A stretch of DNA of 64,000 nucleotides from Eubacteriales bacterium (GCA_030539335.1 JAUNSG010000011.1:19238-83237), one strand, 5' to 3'; shown: positions 28,210-38,459, counted from the stretch's first letter. Notes: a model not told the origin generated them from the sequence alone. Numbers and translations are program-made.

Positions 28210-30522
28210 TCAGATGCTGTGTTTGGTACGGTTGATAATGATTTCCTGCTGTGTTCGGGAAAGCGCAATGAAGTAAGCGGACAATCCGCCCAGATGGACA
28301 CGCAGGCCAGGATATTTTTCCGGGTGCTCCTGCGCATCCCGCAGCATCTCGGTGCTTGTGCCGGTGACCGTCATCATGATACCGCCGAGGTCGATAAACG
28401 ATTCGATCAGGGACTGGACGCGCTTGACGCCTTCCTCGCCTGCCAGCTCGTCGGAATTGATCTGCATATCGAGCGGACCGCCGGAATAATACGGCATGAT
28501 GTCCGGATGTGTGATGGACTTGATGACAGCGGTCGGCCCGTGAAGGTCAAGTCCGACGGACGGGGAGTAGTTGCTGCTTACGGTCTCCATAGAATGGCGG
28601 CCGTCCGCGGAAGCGCCGCAGCGGTGGCCAAAGTTTGCATAGCTCTCAAACGTGCCGCAGCCTACGTTGACAATGAAACCATTTTCCGCCTTTTCCTTGA
28701 CATCCGGCTGTGCGGCGCGCTCGTTGACGATGATCTCGAAATCCTTCATCAGGCGGGATGCAATCTCATCTGCCTCTGGATCGTCGTTGCCGAATTTCGG
28801 CGCGCGGTTGATGAGCATCTGCCGGAGGGCCTCCTGCCCCTTGAAATCGGTCCGAAGCGCTTTCCGGAGAGCCTCCATCGTCAATGTTTTCTCATCGTAG
28901 ACGAACTTCTTAATGGCAATCAGGGAATCCACACAATTGGCAAGGCCGGTCAGGAGGAAGGTATAAATGCTGTACTTTGCACCGCCGTTGGCGATATCCA
29001 ATCCTTGCGGGATGCAGTTATCGAGGAATGCGGAGAACAGTACGGATGGAGCAATCTTATAGCGCTCCTGCCAATAGCTGATTCGCAGATTCATAATGCG
29101 GTCAACATCATAACGGATCGAATCCAGAAAAGCTGCGTACAGATCTTCAAAGGTCTTAAACTGCAGCGGATCGCCGAAGGAAGGCGCTTCCTTGACGCCA
29201 CGCGCCATGCTTACACCTTCGTTCAAAAGGTATTCCAACAGCAGCAGAACCTGAATATGGCCATACTGGTAGTTGGTTTTGCCCGGAATCAGGACCTCCC
29301 AGCAACCATCGTTGGAATAGCAGCGGGCTTCCTCAAGCGGGATACCGGACTTCACCAGGCCATGGATGATCGGTTCGTCGTTGTAAATGGTCGGTTCACC
29401 GCTTCCGGTCCGCAGGATTCTTGCGCACATTTCATATAGCTTTTTCGGGCTGTTTTTGTGGAACCGAACAGACATAACCGGAGAGACAAGCTCAAAATAG
29501 TTCCACTGTTTGAGGATCATATAGGTCAATTCGTTGGTGGCATCCGAGCCGTCGGCCTTTACGCCACCGAGGATGACATTCTGCTCCCAATGGTTTGCGG
29601 AGGTGCCGAGGTTGTACTCCTCTGCATTCTCCATGGAAAAGACATTGTCGGCTTCATCCAGACAGCCGCCGTCATAGTTTTCGTCAACTGCGGTCATGTG
29701 ATCGAATTCCCAATGGGAGGAATCCATCTGGACACGCTCCGAGAATTTGACCAGCCAACTGCCGGTCAACTCCTCCGCCTGCTCTACGGTAATTGCACCG
29801 GATTCGATGTCTTTCTTATAGTACGGATAGAAATACTGATCGGGACGTCCGACAGCAACCTCTTCCATGCAGCTATGTAGGCTGAGGAAAAAGAAGAAAA
29901 AGCTCTGAAGCGCTTCGTGATAGCTTTCTGCCGGATATTCTGGCACTTTGTTGCAGATGCGAGCCATTTCCAGAAGCTCCTTGGCACGGGCCGGATCGGA
30001 TTCCCGATTTGCCTGACGAAGGCACATCTCTGCGTATCGGTGGGCGATGTCAACTACCGAATCCACACTGATAATCATTGCACGCCACAGATTGATTTTT
30101 TCCTGATCCGGGGAATCCTTTTGCAGTTCTGCTTCGACGGCCTGATAGATTTCTTCCTTGATGCCGCGGATACCGACGCGGAGCAGCTTCTCATAGTCGG
30201 CGGGATGTTTTGCCGCAACATTTTTCTCGGTAAAACCGGACTTTAAACCAGCTTCCTTTTCCTCCGGAAGAGCATACTGCGGAAATTCACGCCCGTAGCC
30301 GACAGACAGCATGTTGATTTTTCCGACAATCAGTTCATCGGACTTTAGCTCTGCCGGCATGTGACGCAGCAGGTGTTGGATGGCCAATGCTTTTCGAACA
30401 ACCAGTGGCTCTGCCTTGATCTCATCCGAGGTCAAGATGGTTTCATCCTTTCCCCACCATTCAATCTTCGTATAGTAGTCTTTTTTAAACAGACGTTCCT
30501 TGATTTTCTCCATTCGGGTCAT
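28210..30522 (-). CDS. glycyl radical enzyme, divergent uncharacterised subfamily
   Basis: 770 aa PFL2-like landmarks (GRPDQYFYPYY, PKFGNDD, ADGR); Cys loop NDGCWE (C407); Gly loop RVHLGGLSAYF (G746); adjacent activase. Confidence 0.88.
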   Translation of the reverse strand: MTRMEKIKERLFKKDYYTKIEWWGKDETILTSDEIKAEPLVVRKALAIQHLLRHMPAELKSDELIVGKINMLSVGYGREFPQYALPEEKEAGLKSGFTEKNVAAKHPADYEKLLRVGIRGIKEEIYQAVEAELQKDSPDQEKINLWRAMIISVDSVVDIAHRYAEMCLRQANRESDPARAKELLEMARICNKVPEYPAESYHEALQSFFFFFLSLHSCMEEVAVGRPDQYFYPYYKKDIESGAITVEQAEELTGSWLVKFSERVQMDSSHWEFDHMTAVDENYDGGCLDEADNVFSMENAEEYNLGTSANHWEQNVILGGVKADGSDATNELTYMILKQWNYFELVSPVMSVRFHKNSPKKLYEMCARILRTGSGEPTIYNDEPIIHGLVKSGIPLEEARCYSNDGCWEVLIPGKTNYQYGHIQVLLLLEYLLNEGVSMARGVKEAPSFGDPLQFKTFEDLYAAFLDSIRYDVDRIMNLRISYWQERYKIAPSVLFSAFLDNCIPQGLDIANGGAKYSIYTFLLTGLANCVDSLIAIKKFVYDEKTLTMEALRKALRTDFKGQEALRQMLINRAPKFGNDDPEADEIASRLMKDFEIIVNERAAQPDVKEKAENGFIVNVGCGTFESYANFGHRCGASADGRHSMETVSSNYSPSVGLDLHGPTAVIKSITHPDIMPYYSGGPLDMQINSDELAGEEGVKRVQSLIESFIDLGGIMMTVTGTSTEMLRDAQEHPEKYPGLRVHLGGLSAYFIALSRTQQEIIINRTKHSI

Positions 30523-30703
30523 AGTGAGTATCTCCTTTTCAAGCGGTTCAAAAACCTATGGTTTTGTTTCGGTTTGCCGTGCACGGATATCCATTTTGCA
30601 CTTGCCATCATCTGCATTTGATATTATAATTATATTACCTAAAAATGCACGATAATATAATTATAGTTGCGTATTTTTATATTATTCTATCAAAGGAGGG
30701 TGT

Positions 30704-31591
30704 ATGAGAAATTTTCAAATAGACCATACGCTGAAGGAGTCTCTGACCTATCATTCCGAAACCTTTCCGATTGAAACCTGTGTTGACCGGTATGATCTTC
30801 TTCCGGACCATACACTCAACTGCCATTGGCATGATGAATTTGAATTTGGGCTGCTGCTTTCCGGAGAGCTGGATTACAGCATCAGCGGGTATCAGACACG
30901 ATTGCAGCGCGGCGACTGCGTTTTTATCAATTCCGGGACAATGCATATGGCGCAGCAAGCGCCGGGCTGTCACAATGCCAATATGTTTATCATCGCGTTT
31001 TCCCATGCCTTTCTGACGGAGAATATGGATGGGGTGATTTATCAGAAATACTTCCGCCCGGCGTTGAAAAATCCGTTCCCAGGATTTGTACTGACAGGGG
31101 AGAGCGAAGTAAGGGAAGAAATTGCTTCCTATCTCACGGAACTGTATCAGCTGGAAACGGAAGGGGAACAGTATGAATTGTTGTGTATCAGTTTGCTCTG
31201 CCGGTTATGGGGCGTTACGCTGTCTTATCTGAACCGGATTTCTCCGGATTTGGGTATCCAGTTGATCGATAGGACGAGCGAAGAACGGGCAAAGGCCATC
31301 ATGTATTATATTCGCCAGCATTACTCCGAGGGAATTACCATTGAAAGCATTTCACGCAGTGCGAATGTGAGTCAAAGCGAGTGTTTTCGGTCCTTTAAGA
31401 AGTACACACAGAAAACCCCGGTGACGTATTTGAATGAATATCGTTTGGCGCAGGCCGCGAAGCGCCTGCGGGAATCCTCGGCTTCCGTGACGGAGATCAG
31501 TTCCGCCTGCGGGTTTTCTCATTCCAGCTATTTCTGCAAGCTGTTTAAAGAAAAATATGGTATCTCACCGACAAAATTTCGGAAGAGCTGA
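30704..31591 (+). CDS. AraC-family regulator (cupin sensor), divergent from the GRE
   Basis: HWHDEFE cupin; C-terminal double HTH, CGFSHSSYF..FKEKYGISP. Confidence 0.93.
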   Translation: MRNFQIDHTLKESLTYHSETFPIETCVDRYDLLPDHTLNCHWHDEFEFGLLLSGELDYSISGYQTRLQRGDCVFINSGTMHMAQQAPGCHNANMFIIAFSHAFLTENMDGVIYQKYFRPALKNPFPGFVLTGESEVREEIASYLTELYQLETEGEQYELLCISLLCRLWGVTLSYLNRISPDLGIQLIDRTSEERAKAIMYYIRQHYSEGITIESISRSANVSQSECFRSFKKYTQKTPVTYLNEYRLAQAAKRLRESSASVTEISSACGFSHSSYFCKLFKEKYGISPTKFRKS

Positions 31592-31635
31592 GGAGGCTGT
31601 CTTTATTAATTTGAGATTTTTGTTTTAAATAAAGT

Positions 31636-31671
31636 GGAGCATAGCAGAAAATATACCATCTGCTATGCTCC
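31636..31671. terminator. bidirectional terminator between araC and dctP
   Basis: GGAGCATAGCAGA/TCTGCTATGCTCC. Confidence 0.75.
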
Positions 31672-31743
31672 GGTTTGAGAAGAAAATTAAGATGCGGTTT
31701 TATTTCTATTAGGTAACAGGAGGGATGCGGCGCAAACGCCGAG

Positions 31744-32790
31744 TCAGTTGGCTGCCCGGTCTCTGGCTGCGATCACAGCGTCTACCACATCTGCTCCAGC
31801 TTTTTCCCGAACGAGCGGCCATACGTCAGCTTCCGCAACTTCTGCCATCCATTCATACGTTGCCTCATCCGGTTCAACGAATTCCATACCAGCATCCGTC
31901 AGAGCCTGAATGCTGGAATCGACCGATTCGTCTGCCATATCACGGCAGAGTGTAAGAAGTTCATCGCTCACTTCGTCGATGAGATCCTGATATTCCTTCG
32001 GCAGGCTGTCATAGAAGTCCTTATTGCACACCATTGTGATGTTATTATAGATATGATTGGTTGCACAATTGTATTTTTGCACCTCTGCGTATTTATTCAG
32101 CAGATTCTGGACATAGGAATCCTCCTGCGCATCCAGCAGACCTTGCTGCAGTGCAAGGAATACATCGCTGCGGTTCATCGGGGTCGGGTTTGCGCCAAGA
32201 GCCTTCCAGAAAGCAACATGGATGTCATTTGTCATCGTGCGGATATTCAGGTTCTTGAAGTCCTCTTTGGTTCGGAGTGGTGTGTTGCTTGTGGTCTCAC
32301 GGTACGCCTGATCGCCAATCATCAACAGCTTAATGCCCTTTTCCTCATATTTGCTGTTGAGCAGGCTGCGCAGCTCCGGGTCGTCAAAGGTTGCACGTCC
32401 AAGCTCAATGGTGTCGAACAAAGCGGGCATATCAAAAACATATGCTGCCGGAATATCTGTAGTGTGGTTGGCGCTATTGGATACGCCCATTTCGATCTGA
32501 CCACTTACAATATTCTCCATAACCTCTTTGTCACTGCCGAGCTGTCCAGCCGTATAGGCATCTACATGGATTGCGCCGTCGGATTTTTCTTCAACCAGAC
32601 GCTTAAACTCGGTAACGATTGTGCCGGTGATCGACTCTGTCGGTGCATCGCAGGAGATACTGAGCGAGTAAGTGCCCGAATCACTGCTGCCGCTTCCAGC
32701 AGCATCGCCGGTTGTCGACCCTCCGCAGGCCGTAAGTGCTGCGAGCATGCCGATAGATAATCCGGCGCATAACCATTTTCTCATTTTCAT
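31744..32790 (-). CDS. dctP: TRAP transporter substrate-binding lipoprotein
   Basis: lipobox LTAC, GQLGSD, NIRTM, LQQGLLDAQE. Confidence 0.92.
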   Translation of the reverse strand: MKMRKWLCAGLSIGMLAALTACGGSTTGDAAGSGSSDSGTYSLSISCDAPTESITGTIVTEFKRLVEEKSDGAIHVDAYTAGQLGSDKEVMENIVSGQIEMGVSNSANHTTDIPAAYVFDMPALFDTIELGRATFDDPELRSLLNSKYEEKGIKLLMIGDQAYRETTSNTPLRTKEDFKNLNIRTMTNDIHVAFWKALGANPTPMNRSDVFLALQQGLLDAQEDSYVQNLLNKYAEVQKYNCATNHIYNNITMVCNKDFYDSLPKEYQDLIDEVSDELLTLCRDMADESVDSSIQALTDAGMEFVEPDEATYEWMAEVAEADVWPLVREKAGADVVDAVIAARDRAAN

Positions 32791-32820
32791 TATAGGTGTC
32801 TCCTTTCATTTACAAATTGC

Positions 32821-34116
32821 TTAAGTGAGGCCAGGCAGCAACAAGCTGACCGGCGGAACAAACGTGATAATCAATTGGATTACAAAGAATACGAGTGCAA
32901 AGGGAACTGCCTTTTTGGCGATCGACATAACCGGCACCTTGGTCAGTGTACTTGCAACATATAGATTGTTGCCGATGGGCGGGGTGACATAACCAATCGC
33001 CAGATTGCAGATCATGATTACACCAAAGTGGATCGGGTGGATGCCAACTACGGCGACGATCGGCTGAAGGATCGGCGCAAGGATTAAGATTGCAGGGCCG
33101 GTGTCCATTACCATGCCGACAAACAGCAGGAATATATTGATGACAAGCAGCAGTACGATTTTATTGGTAAAAATACTGCCGATGGTCGATGCAATGACCT
33201 GCGGTGCCTGCGTCATGGTGAGTACCTTGCCAAATGCAGAGGCAGAACACAGGATAAATAAGATCGGTGCATATGTTCCGATGGATTCCTGAATAATACG
33301 GGGAAGGTCAGAAAACTTTGCCGAACGATAAATAAACAGGGAAACAATCAACGCGTATACGACAGAGATTACGGCAGCTTCTGTCGGGGTGACAAAGCCT
33401 CCATAAATACCGCCAAGAATAATAACAGGGGATAGTAATGCCCAAAAACTGTCCTTAAATACGTTCCAAAGCCCCTGGCTGCGCAGCTGCTGCACGGTTT
33501 CTCGGATCTTTTCTTTGTCCTCGCCGTGCTTGCGGCAGTAAAAGATACAATATAGCATCAGTGCCGAACCAACCAGAATACCCGGGAGGACGCCGGCGAT
33601 AAACAGAGAACCAACCGAACTACTGGTCGCCATGCAATAAAGGATGAACGGGATTGATGGCGGAATAATAATGCCCAAGCTTCCGGATACCGCAACCAAA
33701 GCAGTGCAGAACGGCAGATCATATCCCATAGCAACTAGAATCGGAATGGTCATAGAACCGACTGCGGCCGTAGTCGCTGGGCCAGAACCGGAAATTGCAC
33801 CATAGAACAGACAGGTGATAACGACTGCACAGGGCATGCCCGCGGTCTTATCTCCGATGAAATACGAGAAGATGTTAAAAATCTTTTTTGAAATTCCTCC
33901 GCGAGCCATCACAACACCGGAAAAGACAAACATTGGGATGGCAAGCAGGGGATTGCTGTTGATGCCGGTGACCATCTGACGGAGTAGGAAAACGGCGTCC
34001 GCAGCAAAATGCGGGTTGAGGAAGGTGGGGATAAAAGAAATCATGGCAAGGACGACGGAAATTGGTACTGCAATCAAAAGCAATACGATCATTGCCAGAA
34101 ATACTGGGGTTAGCAT
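32821..34116 (-). CDS. dctM: TRAP transporter large permease
   Basis: LLAIPMF, ISGSGPATTAAVG, IIIPPSIP, TPTEAA, GYVTPPIG. Confidence 0.95.
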   Translation of the reverse strand: MLTPVFLAMIVLLLIAVPISVVLAMISFIPTFLNPHFAADAVFLLRQMVTGINSNPLLAIPMFVFSGVVMARGGISKKIFNIFSYFIGDKTAGMPCAVVITCLFYGAISGSGPATTAAVGSMTIPILVAMGYDLPFCTALVAVSGSLGIIIPPSIPFILYCMATSSSVGSLFIAGVLPGILVGSALMLYCIFYCRKHGEDKEKIRETVQQLRSQGLWNVFKDSFWALLSPVIILGGIYGGFVTPTEAAVISVVYALIVSLFIYRSAKFSDLPRIIQESIGTYAPILFILCSASAFGKVLTMTQAPQVIASTIGSIFTNKIVLLLVINIFLLFVGMVMDTGPAILILAPILQPIVAVVGIHPIHFGVIMICNLAIGYVTPPIGNNLYVASTLTKVPVMSIAKKAVPFALVFFVIQLIITFVPPVSLLLPGLT

Positions 34117-34646
34117 TCGTTTTCACCTCCTTTTTCCATCGAGGCTTCTTCCTGCGAAGGATCCCAATGGAATTCATCACCTGTTTTGAAATGTCGTATA
34201 ATGCGGAACACATTTTGTGCCGCGCGGATCGTGGAAAGCGCACAGCCGATTAAAACAGATGCGTAAACATATACCATCGGCAGCCCCAGAGCGGGCGTTA
34301 TCTGCTGCGTATTGCTCAGCAATGCGAGGGAATAGGTGGTCAGCAGCCCGAAAAATACCATTACCAGAATCTGCGTTAAGAGCAGGACCGCATTGCGGAC
34401 CAGGCGGGGAAACGCTGCGACCAGCATCGTCAGTCGCATGGCTGTATTTCGGCGCAGTGTGTAGCTTACGCTGAGAAAACCGGACCAAACCAGCAGGATG
34501 CAGGATAATTCCTCCGCCCACGTAAGCGAGTTTTGGAAAACATACCGCATGATGATCTGTACCACCATGACAATTGTTATTGCAATGAGCAGCACCGCTA
34601 ATAACAATTCTTCGAGGTGGCGGTCCAGCCATTTTATTACCTTCAT
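34110..34646 (-). CDS. dctQ: TRAP transporter small permease
   Basis: QIIMRYVF, WAEEL; four TM helices. Confidence 0.9.
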   Translation of the reverse strand: MKVIKWLDRHLEELLLAVLLIAITIVMVVQIIMRYVFQNSLTWAEELSCILLVWSGFLSVSYTLRRNTAMRLTMLVAAFPRLVRNAVLLLTQILVMVFFGLLTTYSLALLSNTQQITPALGLPMVYVYASVLIGCALSTIRAAQNVFRIIRHFKTGDEFHWDPSQEEASMEKGGENEC

Positions 34647-34670
34647 GGGAAACCTCCTTACTTGTGTACT

Positions 34671-35267
34671 TTAAAATCCGAGATCCTCATCAACCAGTAT
34701 GACTTCCGAAGGCGTATGGTTTGGGGCACGATCGAGGATCAGAGTACAGCAGCAAATACGTTCTTTACCGCTGCAGTTGTAGCATTTTGGTGTCTCTCCC
34801 ACGGCGCATGGGGTTTTTGTACCCATGCGCCGTGCATTGAGCGGACCGGAAATCTGCTGCGCCCGAAGAAGGGCAGCATCCCGCGTCGACACAATTTTGT
34901 TGCGTCCCACCACATAGTAGACCTTTTCGGGGCCATACAGCATCATGGCCAGCCGGTTTCCCGCCCCATCGATGCAGACGATTTCACCGGTTTCTGAGAT
35001 GGCGTTCACACTGGTAATATAGATGCTGCACTGTGCCGCCAGATGTTTTACTTCATCACCGGCTATTTCGTGGTGCCATACCGTAACATTGTGCGCAGAT
35101 AACGCCTCATACAGTCCCATCTGTCGGACGGTAACACTTCCGCCAAAACCAATGGTTCTGCCAGAAAGGCATTGGGTAAGATAAGCCGTCGCCTGGACAT
35201 GGTCACGAAATGTGGATACCATAAACCCATGTGCTTCCAGTGCGTGCTGAATGTTGCTGTAATCCAT
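34671..35267 (-). CDS. LUD-domain (LutC/YkgG-like) protein
   Basis: GFGGSVT, SVNAISETGEIVCIDGAGNR, VGRNKIV, CxxCxxxxxxC tail. Confidence 0.85.
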   Translation of the reverse strand: MDYSNIQHALEAHGFMVSTFRDHVQATAYLTQCLSGRTIGFGGSVTVRQMGLYEALSAHNVTVWHHEIAGDEVKHLAAQCSIYITSVNAISETGEIVCIDGAGNRLAMMLYGPEKVYYVVGRNKIVSTRDAALLRAQQISGPLNARRMGTKTPCAVGETPKCYNCSGKERICCCTLILDRAPNHTPSEVILVDEDLGF

Positions 35268-35309
35268 AGCCGCCTCCTGTCCGATCCTTCTCCATGCATT
35301 GTCGGAGAT

Positions 35310-36197
35310 TTAGTCATTCCGTTCAATGCCAGACATTTTTTCGATAAGCTTCACAATACTCCAATTGTCGCCACCTGGCATGACGTTGATACCTGCCTGG
35401 AACATTTCGCGGCTGACCACTGCACACGGTGCAGGAACGCCCAGCTGCTTTGCAATCTCAACGCTCAACGTGATGTCCTTTTTCATTGTTGCGATGTGGC
35501 TGCCGGTATCCACAAATTTACGGTTAATGATCTTTTCTGTGGTGTTTTTGGTGAGTGCGCTGCCGATAATGCTTTCATTGAGCACTTTGGCAAACTGATT
35601 CAGATCCAGTTCAGCCTTTTCCGCCAGGACCATTGCTTCAAACAGTCCCTCGTAGGTTGAGCCCATAAACAACTGGATGCCCAGCTTCACCATCTGACCG
35701 TCACCCATGCGGGAGCCGACATGATAGATCTTTTCCTCATCGCCGATCGCACGCAGGACATCCATATTCTCGGAGATGACCTCTGCGTCACCTGCCGCCA
35801 TCAGGGAGAGCGTTCCGTCATTAGAACGGAAACGGCCACCGCTGACCGGCATGTCCACAACATGGATGCCACGCTCCTCCAATGGCTTTGCCTGACGTTG
35901 GATAAACCATGGTCCGATTGTCGCGGTAATAAATACGGTCGATCCAGGAGTGAGCACATCGGTCACGTCCGCCAGCACACCATCGACATGTTCGCCGTTC
36001 ATGACCATGATGAACAGAACATCCACATCGCGCGCGGTATCCGCCGTCGACTCTGCGAGCTTGCCGCCCGCTTTTACAAAATTCTCCCGGCGATCTTCAC
36101 GCAGGTCGTATCCCTTGATATCGAACCCTGCCTTCAGGATATTTTTTGCCATACCCATGCCCATATCGCCTAAACCAACAAATCCAACCTTTTTCAT
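35310..36197 (-). CDS. beta-hydroxyacid dehydrogenase (3-hydroxyisobutyrate DH family, LtnD-like)
   Basis: GFVGLGDMG, DMPVSGG, GQMVKLGIQLFMG, KDI. Confidence 0.88.
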   Translation of the reverse strand: MKKVGFVGLGDMGMGMAKNILKAGFDIKGYDLREDRRENFVKAGGKLAESTADTARDVDVLFIMVMNGEHVDGVLADVTDVLTPGSTVFITATIGPWFIQRQAKPLEERGIHVVDMPVSGGRFRSNDGTLSLMAAGDAEVISENMDVLRAIGDEEKIYHVGSRMGDGQMVKLGIQLFMGSTYEGLFEAMVLAEKAELDLNQFAKVLNESIIGSALTKNTTEKIINRKFVDTGSHIATMKKDITLSVEIAKQLGVPAPCAVVSREMFQAGINVMPGGDNWSIVKLIEKMSGIERND

Positions 36198-36216
36198 AAA
36201 AAGCTCCTCCGATCAA

Positions 36217-37125
36217 TCAATTAAAAATTTCCTGCAGATGCCGGATATCAATCCGGTAACCATCCAGACAGGTGCCGCCATCCGGACAATAGATGTTTTC
36301 GAGTGAGATGCATCCTTCATATCCATCACGTCGCAACGCCTGTGCAAGCGGCTCTAAATATGGTCCCAATTGACCGGTGCCAATCTCGCGGATGCCCATG
36401 TACGAGCGGCTGATGCTCAGTTCCGCATCTTTCACATGAATATGGGCCAAGATATCGCGGATCATTTCATAGGTTTCGAGGGTCGGCATTTCCCCATAAT
36501 ACATTGCATTGGACAAATCCCATAGATACTTTATTCGGCTCGATCCGAGATCATCGGCAAGTTTACGCATCAAGTAGGAAGAGCAAATCTGCCCATTTCC
36601 GTTTTCAACGACAAGGTCCATTTCTTCCGCCTCTGCCAGTTCGACTATCGGACGGTATAGGGTCAGCAGCTTATCCCATACGGTGTTATCGTTGGCCAGC
36701 CACTCTCTCGCACCGTGGTCACCAAAAGTAACCGGCTGTTTTGCAAAGCACATCACCCGCACCAGGGGAGCGCCCAGCACCTTCGCAAAGAAAATTGCGT
36801 TTTTTAACAGCTTCATATGGAGCTCATAAACCGCATCCCCGCATTCGGTGGAACGGATCGGAACGCCGCAAAACGCATGGCTGGTGATAATTGCCGGCTG
36901 GATTCCATAGCGGTCTGAGATTTCTTTGAGCCGGTAGGCTTCCTCGGCAACCAGTGTTTCGACAGGTACGCCGGGTACACTCCGTTTTTCGCCGCTGCAC
37001 AGCGTAGGATCCTGTATGCCATCCACGTGCTGGATTTCTGCGTAACTTATCCCGGTTTCTTTTAGGATTCGGCAGGACTCTTCGTAGTCCCCGCTGATTC
37101 CGTTTGTGATCGCTGTAATTTTCAT
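36217..37125 (-). CDS. sugar-phosphate isomerase/epimerase (xylose-isomerase-like TIM barrel)
   Basis: LVVEN, WDLSN, HIHVKD, ISLE metal ligands. Confidence 0.85.
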   Translation of the reverse strand: MKITAITNGISGDYEESCRILKETGISYAEIQHVDGIQDPTLCSGEKRSVPGVPVETLVAEEAYRLKEISDRYGIQPAIITSHAFCGVPIRSTECGDAVYELHMKLLKNAIFFAKVLGAPLVRVMCFAKQPVTFGDHGAREWLANDNTVWDKLLTLYRPIVELAEAEEMDLVVENGNGQICSSYLMRKLADDLGSSRIKYLWDLSNAMYYGEMPTLETYEMIRDILAHIHVKDAELSISRSYMGIREIGTGQLGPYLEPLAQALRRDGYEGCISLENIYCPDGGTCLDGYRIDIRHLQEIFN

Positions 37126-37562
37126 TCAAGGCCTCCTTTTCGTAATTGGTCAAAATGTATGAATTCCAGGTTTTATTTCTCCTGTGTTTTGTGTTTTTAG
37201 TATATCAGTGATTCCTTTATTAAGAAATGGATTATCGTCTGATGTTTGATCGCTTTTTGGATTCGTGAGATTTCGGAACTTTTCTTGTTCATTATCCGGC
37301 TTGTTTCGGAAAATTCCCCGTTTTTTGTCCGATTATTGGGGAAATAAAAAAATTCGGGCTTCGGTTTTCGTGAAGCCCGTTTGGATTTCTATCGTATTAT
37401 CTTCGCAAACTATTCCAATATTTTACATGGATATTGAATACATTGAATGATTATGTATTGACATTTTGTTTATTTGTTGTGTAAACTGTATATAGACAAG
37501 CATAAATCATGTCTTTTGTATGTTTATTTTGGTTCATTTTGTAGGAAAAGGAGGTTTGCTAC

Positions 37563-38459
37563 ATGAATAACATGCACGCTTTTTCGCAAGAAGTCTCCTG
37601 CGACTCTTTGCTGGATTCGCTGTTTTTTTACGAGAATCAGATCCCTCGTATGAAAAATATCATCCACGTCAGCAATTGTCCCATCTACTCTTACCGCAGT
37701 CATGCGCATGCCTCCTGGGCAGAAATTGTACTGATTGCAGGCGGACAGGGGGTATATCATGTTGGACGCGAACGGTATGAGGTGCAGGCAGGAGATGTTC
37801 TGCTGATTAATCGCATGGTACTTCATTCCTGTGAATCCTCCCCATCCGACGCACTGGATGCCTATACGCTTTCCCTGTGCGAGTTTCAAATTGTTGATTT
37901 AGAACCTGGTATGCTTCTGCCGGCCGACACATGCCCACTTATTAAAACCGGAGACCAATTCCCCTTTGTTCGTGAATTATTCTCGCAACTGCTATTTCAA
38001 AGCAGCGAAAAAAGGCCGGGCTACCGAATGGTTTGCGACCATATTATTTTTGTACTATGCCGCTTTTTCCACCAGTATATCCAGGATTCCTGCAATCACA
38101 TCCGCAGCAAAAGTATATCGCAATTAGCTAGCGAAGTTTTGGAGTATATTGAAGAGAATTTCACTTCCAACATCACGCTGGAAGGTCTGTCAAAACGTTT
38201 TTTTGTTACACCAAAGCACTTATGCCATATCATGTCTACCGAATGTGGTATTTCACCAATTGATTACGTGATTCGCAAGCGCATCAACTCTGCACAATGG
38301 CGCTTGGTAATGGAGGATACCTCGATCAAGGACATTGCTTATGCGTTGGGCTATGAAAGTCAGGATTATTTCACAAAGCAATTTCAAAAGCGCACGGGTA
38401 TGACACCCTCTACCTACCGTTCTCGCTATTCAAAGGTGTTGAAATTTGTATCCCCATAG
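37563..38459 (+). CDS. AraC-family regulator, divergent from the TRAP operon
   Basis: HAHASWAE cupin; LGYESQDYFTKQFQKRTGMTP. Confidence 0.92.
   Translation: MNNMHAFSQEVSCDSLLDSLFFYENQIPRMKNIIHVSNCPIYSYRSHAHASWAEIVLIAGGQGVYHVGRERYEVQAGDVLLINRMVLHSCESSPSDALDAYTLSLCEFQIVDLEPGMLLPADTCPLIKTGDQFPFVRELFSQLLFQSSEKRPGYRMVCDHIIFVLCRFFHQYIQDSCNHIRSKSISQLASEVLEYIEENFTSNITLEGLSKRFFVTPKHLCHIMSTECGISPIDYVIRKRINSAQWRLVMEDTSIKDIAYALGYESQDYFTKQFQKRTGMTPSTYRSRYSKVLKFVSP

Noticed and set aside
28210-30522. Pyruvate formate-lyase (pflB)
   Set aside because: It has a single Cys loop rather than the adjacent Cys-Cys pair, and its activase carries ferredoxin insertions unlike PflA.
30619-30665. ATATTATAATTATATTA near the GRE promoter as another operator copy
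   Set aside because: It lacks the TAATATATTA palindrome and is better explained as -10 elements of the divergent GRE/AraC promoters.
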